From a virus (taxonomy: Duplodnaviria > Caudoviricetes): a stretch of 26,286 bases of DNA. The notes below the pieces were generated by a model that saw only the letters and a list, made by a program, of their open reading frames with translations, ran no database searches and was not told the DNA's origin. The stretch spans positions 1 to 26,286 of IMG/VR virus record IMGVR_UViG_3300050195_000084; one strand, given 5' to 3'. Positions 9,047 to 17,759 of the stretch are shown here, one piece after another; position 1 is the stretch's first letter; each line of letters begins with the position of its first letter. Both the position numbers and the translations under genes were made by a program.

Positions 9047-10704
9047 GGCATATCATTCGGCCCGGCGTCAACGCGCCGATCGTCATCCATCCGAAGGAAT
9101 CGGCCACCTTCGACGCGAGCTCGGACGCCATCGGAACGATCGCAATTCCGGGCCAGGGCATTCAACAGGTCATCGCTGCATCGACGTCCTACACCTATGG
9201 CGAGTACTCGTCCAAGCGCGACATCGTCGTCACGTTGACGCAGGGAACCCTGGAATGCCGCGTCGATCAGCAAGGAAAGTCCGGGGGCGCCGGGACTCCC
9301 AGCACTGGCGTCGGGCCGGCGCTGCGCCTGGTGGCCAATCGCGTCAACACGCCGTATTACCTGCTCGCCACCATCAAGCAGGCATTCGGTCGCACGAACC
9401 ACACGATGAGCGATACCGTCTCTTCGCTCATGCTCGTGTACTCGAACTACTACGGCAAGGACGAGACGCCCGGAACCGGTCCCCAGACCTATGGCGCCTC
9501 GATCGAATATCCGGTCGGCACGCTGCTGGCACAGGTCACGTTCAACGGAACGAACTATGGCACCGCGGCGCCCGGCTCCGACGTGTATAGCGATCTGATC
9601 CCCTTGCCGATTCCGATTCCGCAAGGTGCCCGATATCGGGTGCGTACCTTCGTGAGAAACCCGGCGGGCGGTATTCCGATGAATGCCGGGTGTAATTCGT
9701 GGAACGGCGCTGGCGACGAGATTTCCAACTACACCACGGTCGATGGCACCACGCTGGATTACACGATGGGCGCACCGACCGCTGCCTTCACGCTGGTCGA
9801 CAGCCCGCGACCCTCGCTGATCCTCGCCTACACGTCGAAGCGGTCCATCGCCATCGTTGGCGACTCGCGCGCGACGGGGCAGATCAGCGGCACGGCTTCC
9901 GATTACGTCTCCGATGCCAACGGCTGGATCGGGGTAGCGGAGCGTGCGGTCGGCCGGCGCGGCGCATGCGTGAACCTGTCGGCACCGAGTGACCTGCTCG
10001 CGAATTTCATCGGCTCGACCGGCGCCAACCGTCGCAACCTCCTCCAGTACGTCACGGACGTTTTCTGCGAATACGGGATCAATGACCTGTCGCAAGGCTC
10101 CGCGACGATCCTCGCGAATCTCACCACCCTGCGCAACAGCGCCAACGTCACCGGGAAGCCGTTCGGTGTCGCCACGATGTCGCCCTATTCCGCGACCACC
10201 GACAACCTGATGACGCTCGCGAACCAGACGCCGAACGCCAACGATGCCCAGCGCATCGCCGTCAATACGGCGTACCGCAATGGCGCTTCTTGCGCCGACT
10301 ACGTGATCGAGGTCGCGGACTTCTTCGAGTCGTCGCGCAATTCGGGAACGTGGAAGCTGTATTCCAACGCACGCACCGTGGCAGACGGTGCCATGACCGC
10401 AGGTTCGAACATCCTGACCTCTGCGACCGCAGCATTCACGCCGGCTGATACCGGGCACAAGGTCATGGTCCCCGGGGCCGGAACTGCGGGCGCAACGCTC
10501 AAGCAGGTCATGCGGTACATCAGCCCGACAACCGTGGGTCTCTACAACCTGGCGAATGTCTCGGTGCAGAACGCGGTGACGACTGTTTCGGGATCCGCAA
10601 TTCAAATCGGGGCCTTCGACTATTCGATCGATGGCCTTCACGAGGCCGCCCCCGAGTTGCCCGCCTTCCAGATCGCAGTTCAGGTTCCGGCCGCACTGCA
10701 GTAA
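9043..10704 (+). CDS. SGNH/GDSL hydrolase-domain protein, probably virion-associated, inserted between portal and scaffold
   Basis: SGNH blocks IAIVGDSR, NLSAPS, EYGINDL and DGLH; Thr/Gly/Ser-rich beta domains; ATGA coupling to the portal gene. Confidence 0.8.
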   Translation: MRHIIRPGVNAPIVIHPKESATFDASSDAIGTIAIPGQGIQQVIAASTSYTYGEYSSKRDIVVTLTQGTLECRVDQQGKSGGAGTPSTGVGPALRLVANRVNTPYYLLATIKQAFGRTNHTMSDTVSSLMLVYSNYYGKDETPGTGPQTYGASIEYPVGTLLAQVTFNGTNYGTAAPGSDVYSDLIPLPIPIPQGARYRVRTFVRNPAGGIPMNAGCNSWNGAGDEISNYTTVDGTTLDYTMGAPTAAFTLVDSPRPSLILAYTSKRSIAIVGDSRATGQISGTASDYVSDANGWIGVAERAVGRRGACVNLSAPSDLLANFIGSTGANRRNLLQYVTDVFCEYGINDLSQGSATILANLTTLRNSANVTGKPFGVATMSPYSATTDNLMTLANQTPNANDAQRIAVNTAYRNGASCADYVIEVADFFESSRNSGTWKLYSNARTVADGAMTAGSNILTSATAAFTPADTGHKVMVPGAGTAGATLKQVMRYISPTTVGLYNLANVSVQNAVTTVSGSAIQIGAFDYSIDGLHEAAPELPAFQIAVQVPAALQ

Positions 10705-10713
10705 TCATTTCCT

Positions 10714-10755
10714 GCGCCGTCCCGGCGCGTACCGACTGGCCGCGGTTCTTCGGCC
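10714..10755 (+). promoter_or_regulatory. Candidate RNA hairpin plus H-type pseudoknot in the scaffold gene leader
   Basis: GCGCCG-TCC-CGGCGC (10714-10728); stem 1 ACCG 10731-10734 / CGGT 10743-10746; stem 2 GGCCG 10738-10742 / CGGCC 10751-10755; no Shine-Dalgarno before ATG 10773. Confidence 0.4.
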
Positions 10756-10772
10756 TGCCTCATCCCACTCCG

Positions 10773-11603
10773 ATGACCATCGATACCGATGCCGCAACTG
10801 GCGCTGCGGCAAGCACGACCGCGCCTGCCTCCCACGCGACCGAAGACACGGGCCTCGCGAACCCGCACGAAGCAGCGCAGGAAGGTGCGCAGACCACCAC
10901 GCCGGAGGACGCGGAAGCGGCCGCCAAGGCGCGCGAGTCTCGCAACAACCAACGCCGCATCGACAACCTCGTGCGCACGCGCACGGAAGCCCGAACCGAA
11001 GCGCAGATCGAGCGCCAGCGCCGCGAGGCCGTTGAAGCCGAACTCCTGCAACTCCGCGGCCAGGGCAGCCGTCAGCAGGCGCACGAGGGATCGAACCAGG
11101 ATGACGGCTCGCAAGGCCGCCAGCAGCAACGCGCCCCCACGCAGGCGGAGATCGATCAGCAGGTGAACACCCGCGCTGAACAGGTCGCACGTCAGCGCGA
11201 GGTCAATGCCCGCTCGAACCAGATCCTGCAGGACGGCATCAAGTCGTTCGGCGAGACCTTCCGGGAGAGCGTGGCCGTGGTCCTCGAAGAGGCAGGTGAT
11301 TTCGTCGATCGCCGCACCGGCGCGCCCACGGCGCTGCTCGAGGCGGTGCTCGATTCGGAGAACCCTGCCGCACTGCTGAACCACCTGGGCTCGAACCCCG
11401 AGGACGCGGAGTCGCTCCGTGGCCTCTCGCCCGCGCAGCTCGGGCGCCGCATCGCGAAGCTGGAAGCCCAGCTCGAGGCGGCTCCGGGAACCACCAAACC
11501 GCCTGTTCACAAGCCCGTCCAGGGCAGCTCCACCGCTCGCAGCAAGTCGCCATCCGAGATGAGCGACGCCGAGTGGTACCAGAGCAAGCAGGCCAAGCGC
11601 TAG
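10773..11603 (+). CDS. Capsid scaffolding protein
   Basis: Directly upstream of coat; acidic N-terminus, QRRIDNLVRTR coiled coil, SENPAALLNHLGSNPEDAESLRGLSP, and C-terminal SEMSDAEWY typical of P22-like scaffolds. Confidence 0.85.
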   Translation: MTIDTDAATGAAASTTAPASHATEDTGLANPHEAAQEGAQTTTPEDAEAAAKARESRNNQRRIDNLVRTRTEARTEAQIERQRREAVEAELLQLRGQGSRQQAHEGSNQDDGSQGRQQQRAPTQAEIDQQVNTRAEQVARQREVNARSNQILQDGIKSFGETFRESVAVVLEEAGDFVDRRTGAPTALLEAVLDSENPAALLNHLGSNPEDAESLRGLSPAQLGRRIAKLEAQLEAAPGTTKPPVHKPVQGSSTARSKSPSEMSDAEWYQSKQAKR

Positions 11604-11624
11604 TCGCGCTGAAAGGCAGCCACC

Positions 11625-12827
11625 ATGGCCAACACGACCCTCACGCACCAGATGATCGCCCGCGAAGCCGCGGCGATGCTGCTGGAGATGTCCCCGTTCC
11701 TGAAGAACGTCAACAAGTCCCGCCAGGACGAGTTCAGCGAATCGATCAGCGGCTACAAGAAGGGCTCCACCGTCACGATCAAGATTCCGCCCACCGGCGT
11801 GGTCTACGACGGCGCGACCTTCGCCGGCGGCGGCGCGGCGCCCGACTTCACGGAAGGCAGCGTCTCCCTGACGCTCAACACCCAGAAGCACGTGCCGCTG
11901 ACCTTCGGCGCCTCCGAGAAGCTCCTGAACATCACGGACTTCAAGGAACGGATCCTGATGCCGCAGATGCTCACGCTGTCGGCGTCGATCGAGGCTGCAG
12001 CGATCCAGCAGGCCGTCCAGGGCACGTCGAACATCGTGGGCACCGCCGGCACCACGCCGACGCAGATGCGCACGTTCTCGCTGGCGCGCCAGAAGCTGCA
12101 ACGCAACCTGGCGCCCACCTCGCCGCGGTACAACATGTACACCGACGAGGTCAACGTCGAACTGATCGACACCTCCAAGGCGCTTTTCAACCCGGTCTCC
12201 GAGGTCGAAAAGATGTTCTACGAGGGCTCGCTCGGCAAGGCGCAGGGCGCGGCCTGGTTCGAGTGCGTGAACATGCCCACGCTGACGGCTGGCACGCGTG
12301 CGGGCGCGGTCACGGTCAACGGCGCGGCGCAGACCGGCGCATCGATCAGCGTGACCTGCACCAGCGGCGACACGTTCAAGAAGGGCGAGATCGTCACCTT
12401 CCCGGGCGTGCTCGAAGTGCACCCGCTGACGGGCACCGTGTTCGTCGGATCGCTCAAGCAGTTCGTGCTGACGGCCGACGTCACCGCAGCGAGCACCTCG
12501 GCCGTGCTGCCGATCTTCCCGGCTATCAAGACGTCGATGCCGACCCAGACGACCAGCGCCTCGCCGACCAACGGCGGATCCCTGGTGATCACCGGCGGCG
12601 GCAACAAGCAGTCGTTGATGTGGCACAAGGATGCGTTCACGGTCGCCTTCGCGCCGCTGCCGGTGCTGGCCAGCTGCGAGGGCTACACCGCGCGCCTGCC
12701 CAACGGCATGAGCGTGCGCGTGATGACCTTCGGTGACGGCAAGTCCGACACCGAGTCGACCCGCGTCGACGTGCTCTGGGGCATGGCCACCGTGCGTGGC
12801 AACCAGGCCTGCCGCATCACCCAGTGA
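11625..12827 (+). CDS. Major capsid protein, P22 coat (gp5) family
   Basis: MANTTLTHQMIAREA, KKGSTVTIKIP, DFKERILMP, WHKDAFTVAFAPL and RVDVLWG motifs; 400 aa; followed by a strong terminator. Confidence 0.93.
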   Translation: MANTTLTHQMIAREAAAMLLEMSPFLKNVNKSRQDEFSESISGYKKGSTVTIKIPPTGVVYDGATFAGGGAAPDFTEGSVSLTLNTQKHVPLTFGASEKLLNITDFKERILMPQMLTLSASIEAAAIQQAVQGTSNIVGTAGTTPTQMRTFSLARQKLQRNLAPTSPRYNMYTDEVNVELIDTSKALFNPVSEVEKMFYEGSLGKAQGAAWFECVNMPTLTAGTRAGAVTVNGAAQTGASISVTCTSGDTFKKGEIVTFPGVLEVHPLTGTVFVGSLKQFVLTADVTAASTSAVLPIFPAIKTSMPTQTTSASPTNGGSLVITGGGNKQSLMWHKDAFTVAFAPLPVLASCEGYTARLPNGMSVRVMTFGDGKSDTESTRVDVLWGMATVRGNQACRITQ

Positions 12828-12832
12828 TGCAT

Positions 12833-12862
12833 GAGGGGCGGCTTCGGCCGCCCCTTCTCTTT
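12833..12862 (+). terminator. Intrinsic terminator after the coat gene
   Basis: GAGGGGCGGC-TTCG-GCCGCCCCTT stem with a C(UUCG)G loop, then CTCTTT. Confidence 0.75.
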
Positions 12863-12880
12863 CCCTACCGGAGATCCAAC

Positions 12881-13114
12881 ATGGAATACCCCAAGGTCGT
12901 CTACAAGGACGGCGCCTGCACCGACGAAGAGGCCGGCACGGTTGACGACGACGGCATTCCGCTCAACGCGCGTGTCGTTGACGACGAGGCCGACGAGGCC
13001 GCGGCGGCCGCGGATGGCTACCTGCCGATCGGCGCTGCCAGCGCGGCGTCCGACGCGTTCCAGCCCGGCGTGACCAAGACGCGCGCCAAGACGGCCGCGA
13101 AGAAGGCGGACTGA
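12881..13114 (+). CDS. Small acidic head-region protein (hypothetical)
   Basis: ATG 12881 after GGAG (MEYPKVVYKDG...). The earlier start in the ORF track runs through the terminator. Basic C-terminal tail. Confidence 0.75.
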   Translation: MEYPKVVYKDGACTDEEAGTVDDDGIPLNARVVDDEADEAAAAADGYLPIGAASAASDAFQPGVTKTRAKTAAKKAD

Positions 13115-13116
13115 GC

Positions 13117-13824
13117 ATGTCCGTCAAGGCGATCGACATCATCCGGCCGGCGCTGCGCCGCATTGGGGCGATCGGTGCCACAGAGCAGCCGAGCGCAAAA
13201 CAGGTGCAGGTCGGCCTGGACGCGCTCAACGGCATCCTCGACACGCTGAGCGTCATGCCGACGGCCGGCACGCGCCCAATCGAGTCGATCGTCTCCCTCG
13301 CCGCCGGCGCCCCGTATCTGACGATCGGGTCCGGCATGCAGATCAACGTGCCGCGCCCGGATCGCATCGAGTCGGCCTACGCGCGCGCGCAGGGTCTCGA
13401 CGAGTCGGTGCGTGTCGTCTCGAAGCAGATCTTCGACGGCATCGACCAGAAGACGCTCGGATCGACCTGGCCGGAGGTGCTCTGGTACGACAAGGGCCTG
13501 CCCACGGGCAAGGTCTACATCTGGCCGCTGGCCGCTTCCGTGCTGGAGATGCACATCACGACGCGCGGCGTGCTCGCGCAGTTCGCCAGCGCCAACGACG
13601 CCATCGATCTTCCGGGCGGCGCGCTGCGCGCGCTGCGCCTGAAGCTGGCCGTCGAGGTCGCTCCCGAATTCAACCTGCCGGTGTCGGCTTCCCTGGACAA
13701 GGAGATGACGCTCGCCATGGATGCGTTCCAGGTGCAGAACGTCGAGATCCCCGAGCTGGAGCTCGATGGCGCGCCGGCGATCCGCACGCGGCTGGGCCAG
13801 TTCCTGAGCGGCGGGGACTGCTGA
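13117..13824 (+). CDS. Head-to-tail adaptor, P22 gp4-like
   Basis: DIIRPALRRIGAI...GLDALNGILD N-terminus, VYIWP, and ALRLKLAVEVAPEF; position before the gp10-like gene. Confidence 0.78.
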   Translation: MSVKAIDIIRPALRRIGAIGATEQPSAKQVQVGLDALNGILDTLSVMPTAGTRPIESIVSLAAGAPYLTIGSGMQINVPRPDRIESAYARAQGLDESVRVVSKQIFDGIDQKTLGSTWPEVLWYDKGLPTGKVYIWPLAASVLEMHITTRGVLAQFASANDAIDLPGGALRALRLKLAVEVAPEFNLPVSASLDKEMTLAMDAFQVQNVEIPELELDGAPAIRTRLGQFLSGGDC

Positions 13825-13825
13825 A

Positions 13826-15223
13826 ATGCCTGCGCTGTCGCTCGTTGGACCGTCGTCACCCCTGCGCACGAGCATCGCCGAGGTGCGGCGCATCGTGAAC
13901 TGGGAGCCGATGCGCATCGAGAGCAGCACGGGGCAGGGCGGCGCTGGCGCCTTCCTCAAGCAAATCGCCGGGCTGATCCAACGCACGATGTTCGGCTCTG
14001 CGATTCGCGCGATGAAGGTTTCCCAGGGGCGACTGTTCGCTGCCACCAGCGGCCAACTGGTGGAGATCATGGACGACTGGTCGGCCATCAGCTGGGGCGC
14101 AATCGCAGATGGTCTGACGTCGATCGATGACAACGAGACGCAGCTGGGGATCGTGGCAAATGGTCTCGGGTTTGCGTTCGATCTCAGCACCAACGTGATC
14201 AGCTCGATCACCGACAACTGGCCGGGCTCGACTTCGATCAACGTGCTGGATGGCATCGGCGTGCTGACGCCGCCTGGCAGCAACCACTTCTACCTCACGA
14301 GCGTGCAGGACTTCACCGTCTTGGACGCCCTCGATTTCGCCAGCGCGGACAGCTCGCCCGGCAACATCGTCGCGGCGCTGGTCAAGCACCGGCAGTTGCT
14401 TCTGCTGAAGGACCGAAGCGGCGAGGTCTGGTACGACTCGGGCGATGCGACGTTCCCATTCGCGCGCGACGACTCCGCCGTCATCGAGGTGGGTTGCGCC
14501 GCGTCGCGCTCGCTTTGCAAGGTCGCCGGCGTCTACTACTGGCTGGGCCAGGATGAGGACGGCAACGGCTTCGTCTACGGCATGCCGGGCTACGTGGCCC
14601 AGCGGATCAGCTCCGACGCGCTGGAGGAGCAACTGGCCACGATCTCGGACCTGTCCGGCGCAACCGCCTGGGTCTATCAGCAGGAGGGCCAGGCGCGCTA
14701 CGTCCTGAACGTGCCCGGCCTGTCCACGACCTGGGTCTACAACGTGGCCGCCGGCATCTGGCATGAGCGCGCCGAATGGGTGGATGGCGACTGGGCGCAG
14801 TGGCGCGCGACCTGCCACGCCTTCGCGTTCGGGCGCCACCTGGTGGGCGACGCCACGGGGCGCCTCTACGAGCTGGACCCGCTGACGAACACCTTCGCCG
14901 GCGACCCGCAGCGGCGCCTGTGGCGCTCGCCGCACAACGCCGCGCCGACCGGCGCCACCGAGAGCTTCGGCTCGTTCCAGGTGCTGTGCGATGTCGGCCT
15001 GGGGCTGCCGGATGGGACGGCGCCCACCATGCTGCTGCGCTACTCGAACGACGGCGCGAAGACGTGGGAGAGCTGGAGCGAGCTGTCGCTGGGCGCGGCA
15101 GGCGAATTCGAGACGCGTGTGCGCGATACGGGTTTGGGATCGGCCATTGATCGCGTGTGGGAGTTCGTCGTCACCGACGACGTGCGCTGCAATGTCATGA
15201 CCGCGATCGTGAACGAGCGATGA
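13826..15223 (+). CDS. Tail hub / DNA stabilisation protein, P22 gp10-like
   Basis: LDFASADSSPGNIV, EVWYDSG...FPF, GCAASRS, YQQEGQARYVLN, TWVYN...WHER, LRYSNDGAKTW and LGSAIDRVWE motifs. Confidence 0.9.
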   Translation: MPALSLVGPSSPLRTSIAEVRRIVNWEPMRIESSTGQGGAGAFLKQIAGLIQRTMFGSAIRAMKVSQGRLFAATSGQLVEIMDDWSAISWGAIADGLTSIDDNETQLGIVANGLGFAFDLSTNVISSITDNWPGSTSINVLDGIGVLTPPGSNHFYLTSVQDFTVLDALDFASADSSPGNIVAALVKHRQLLLLKDRSGEVWYDSGDATFPFARDDSAVIEVGCAASRSLCKVAGVYYWLGQDEDGNGFVYGMPGYVAQRISSDALEEQLATISDLSGATAWVYQQEGQARYVLNVPGLSTTWVYNVAAGIWHERAEWVDGDWAQWRATCHAFAFGRHLVGDATGRLYELDPLTNTFAGDPQRRLWRSPHNAAPTGATESFGSFQVLCDVGLGLPDGTAPTMLLRYSNDGAKTWESWSELSLGAAGEFETRVRDTGLGSAIDRVWEFVVTDDVRCNVMTAIVNER

Positions 15224-15564
15224 GCAACGTCGCCCCATGGCCCGCGCGGGCCCAGTGGGCGCAGGCCGACGGAACCCTCACGCCTGAGGCAAATCGATGG
15301 CTGCAACGCCAGCTGCTCGAACGCGTCGGCGGCTCTGACGCCATGACGAATCAAGACCTCGAGTTGCTCTCGGGGACCCAGCCGGCAGCCGGCCAGGCGC
15401 CGCCGGATGCGTTCGCAGACTCACTGCTGCTGCCCGCCCCCGTGGGTGCTGATGGCGCAGCCGCGGTCGTTGACGACCAGCACGCGCGCGTCCAAGCGCT
15501 CGAGGCCGAAGTGCAGCGCCTCGCGCGCCTGATCCATGACCTTCAACTGGGCTACCAGCTATGA
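15220..15564 (+). CDS. Putative tail needle/plug protein (gp26 position)
   Basis: ATG 15220 (ATGA overlap); GTLTPEANRWL...ERVGG N-terminus and a C-terminal heptad coiled coil. Assignment is by synteny. Confidence 0.55.
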   Translation: MSNVAPWPARAQWAQADGTLTPEANRWLQRQLLERVGGSDAMTNQDLELLSGTQPAAGQAPPDAFADSLLLPAPVGADGAAAVVDDQHARVQALEAEVQRLARLIHDLQLGYQL

Positions 15565-15884
15565 CCATCACTCCGAGCTGCCTGATCGAGACGAGCGCGG
15601 CGCCGACGGCCGAGACCACGGGCTACACGGCGACGTCGAAGAAGACCATCATCGACAAGTACAGCGGCTACTGCGCGGCCGGCTCCGGCTCGCTGACGCT
15701 GAAGCTCGTGCCCAGCGGCTTGTCGGCCGGTGCGGCGCACATCCTGGCGGCCAAGTCCTTCGCCGCCGGCGAGACGTACACGTTCCCCGAGGTCGTCGGC
15801 CACATCCTGAACCCGGGCGACTTCATCTCGGAGATCGCCACCGGCATCGTGGTGCGCCGCGCGAGCGGCCGCGAGGTGACCTGA
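15561..15884 (+). CDS. Hypothetical virion protein (small beta-sandwich)
   Basis: Coupled to the upstream gene; TIIDK...AAGETYTFPEVVGHILNPGDFIS...ASGREVT. Confidence 0.75.
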   Translation: MTITPSCLIETSAAPTAETTGYTATSKKTIIDKYSGYCAAGSGSLTLKLVPSGLSAGAAHILAAKSFAAGETYTFPEVVGHILNPGDFISEIATGIVVRRASGREVT

Positions 15885-15885
15885 C

Positions 15886-16155
15886 ATGCCGCACTTTGGA
15901 AGGTTCGACATGGGCGGCATGCTCAGTCGATCGCCCACCGCGGTGACACCCACGGCGTCGCCCTACGTCTTCACGGCGCCCAGCAACGGGCTGGTCGTCA
16001 TTTCCGGCGGAACCGTCTCGGTCGTGCAGTACGGCCGCGGCGCCAGCGTCGTCGCGCTCGGGCTTACCAGCGGCGTCGTCCCGGTCTCCCAGGGCGACAC
16101 CATCACCGTCACCTGGGCGGTCACCGCGCCCACCGTCACCTTCATTCCGAGCTGA
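15886..16155 (+). CDS. Hypothetical virion protein (beta-rich, possible needle tip)
   Basis: Val/Thr/Ser-rich 89 aa (ASPYVFTAP...ISGGTVS...VSQGDTITVTW...APTVTFIP). Confidence 0.7.
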   Translation: MPHFGRFDMGGMLSRSPTAVTPTASPYVFTAPSNGLVVISGGTVSVVQYGRGASVVALGLTSGVVPVSQGDTITVTWAVTAPTVTFIPS

Positions 16156-16157
16156 CC

Positions 16158-16499
16158 ATGAACCATTCGAAGACCTTCTACGAGCGCTTCGCCGAGCTCG
16201 GCGTCGGCCTGATGCACCACTTCGGCGGCGGCGTCTACGCCAAGGAGACGCTCATCCCCGCCGGCGTGAAGCTTCTGCAGCACGTGCACGAGTTCGATCA
16301 CCTGTCGATCTTGGCGAGCGGGCGGGTGCACGTTCGCATCGATGGCGGCGAGCCGGTGGGCTACGAGGGCCCGGCGTGCATCACGATCGCGGCCGGGCGC
16401 GCGCACGAGGTCGAGGCCGTCACGCCGGCCACCTGGTTCTGCATCCATGCCACCAAGGAGACCGACCCGGCCAAGGTCGATCGGGCGGTGCTGGGATGA
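16158..16499 (+). CDS. Cupin-fold protein
   Basis: HHFGGGVYAKETLIPAG, QHVHEFDHLSILASG (cupin motif 1), ITIAAGRAHEVEA (motif 2), and WFCIH. Confidence 0.85.
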   Translation: MNHSKTFYERFAELGVGLMHHFGGGVYAKETLIPAGVKLLQHVHEFDHLSILASGRVHVRIDGGEPVGYEGPACITIAAGRAHEVEAVTPATWFCIHATKETDPAKVDRAVLG

Positions 16500-17029
16500 A
16501 GATCCAGCGCATCCTCCAAGGCCTGCCAGTGGCGCCCATCCTGTGGGCGCTTCAGCAGCACCCCGAGCTGTGGAACACGCATCGCGCACGCACCGAAGAT
16601 CCGCGCAGCCCGCACCATGGCCTCGATGACATCTGGGCCCGCTACGGTGAGGCTGGCCACGCCAGCACCGGCCAGCCGCACGACTCGCGTTGGTGGCCCG
16701 CGGCCGACGCGCTGGGGATCAGGCCGATGTGCCTGGACCTGATGCGCTTCGTAGAGGGTGTCGAGATCGGAGGCGTGCTCATCACGCGCATTCCACCGGG
16801 CAAGAGCGTGCGGCCCCACACGGACCCTGGCTGGCACGCGCGCCGGTACGAGAAGTACGGCGTGCAGATCACCAGCGCGCCGGGGCAGCTCTTCTGCTTC
16901 GAAGGTGAGGAACTCGAGACGCAGCCCGGCGACGTCTTCTGGTTCGACAACGCGCACACCCACTGGGTGACCAACCCGACCCATTACGAGCGGATCACGA
17001 TGATCGTGTGCATCCGCAAGGAGAACTGA
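16496..17029 (+). CDS. Aspartyl/asparaginyl beta-hydroxylase-family Fe(II)/2-oxoglutarate oxygenase
   Basis: Likely start is ATG 16496 (ATGA overlap). ITRIPPGKSVRPHTD (HxD), GDVFWFDNAHTHWVTN (distal His), ERITMIV (2OG-binding Arg). Confidence 0.85.
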   Translation: MKIQRILQGLPVAPILWALQQHPELWNTHRARTEDPRSPHHGLDDIWARYGEAGHASTGQPHDSRWWPAADALGIRPMCLDLMRFVEGVEIGGVLITRIPPGKSVRPHTDPGWHARRYEKYGVQITSAPGQLFCFEGEELETQPGDVFWFDNAHTHWVTNPTHYERITMIVCIRKEN

Positions 17030-17031
17030 CC

Positions 17032-17748
17032 ATGCCATGGGGTGCAGCCCTCGCCGTAGCTGGCACTGTCGCTGGTGCCGCAATCTCGTCGAATGCGACG
17101 AAGAGCGCGGCGCAGACACAGGCCAACGCGACCAACGCGGCCAATCAGACCGAACTGGACATGTACAACCAGACGCGGTCCGACAACGCTCCCGCGCTGT
17201 CCGCGCGCAACGACGCGCTCACGCGGCTCGAGTCGATCCTGGGCCTCGATGGCAGCAGCACCAGTGGCATCAACAGCTCGCAGATCACCAGCGACCCAGG
17301 CTACCAGTTCGGCCTGCAGCAGGGCCAGCGCCAGCTCTCGCTCAGCGCCAACGCGCGCGGCATGCGCGACTCAGGCGCCGCGCTGAAAGCGGCCGCGCAA
17401 TACGGCAACGACTACGCCACCACGAAGTACGACGACGCCTACAACCGCCAGGTGAACGCGCTGCAGTCGGTCGCGGGCCTGGGCCAGTCGGCCTCCAGCA
17501 CCAACTCCGCGGCCGGCACCAGCACGGCCAACGCGGTCAGCGCGAACACCACGGCCGCCGGCAACGCTTCCGCGGCCTCCACGCTGTCGCAGGGCAACAC
17601 CTGGGCGAACGCGGCCAACCAACTGGCGGGTTGGTACAAGACTTATTCGACGACGCCAAGCACGCCTACGACGACCAGCACCAACTCGCTATATGGCGGC
17701 ATCGGCTCTGGCTACAACGATCAAAACGGCTCTGACATCGGCTGGTAA
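17032..17748 (+). CDS. DNA ejection (pilot) protein, P22 gp7-like
   Basis: ATG 17032 after AAGGAG; MPWGAALAVAGTVAGAAISS hydrophobic N-terminus, DPGYQFGLQQG, SGAALKAAAQYG; Ala/Ser/Gln-rich. Confidence 0.82.
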   Translation: MPWGAALAVAGTVAGAAISSNATKSAAQTQANATNAANQTELDMYNQTRSDNAPALSARNDALTRLESILGLDGSSTSGINSSQITSDPGYQFGLQQGQRQLSLSANARGMRDSGAALKAAAQYGNDYATTKYDDAYNRQVNALQSVAGLGQSASSTNSAAGTSTANAVSANTTAAGNASAASTLSQGNTWANAANQLAGWYKTYSTTPSTPTTTSTNSLYGGIGSGYNDQNGSDIGW

Positions 17749-17759
17749 GGAGAAACGAC

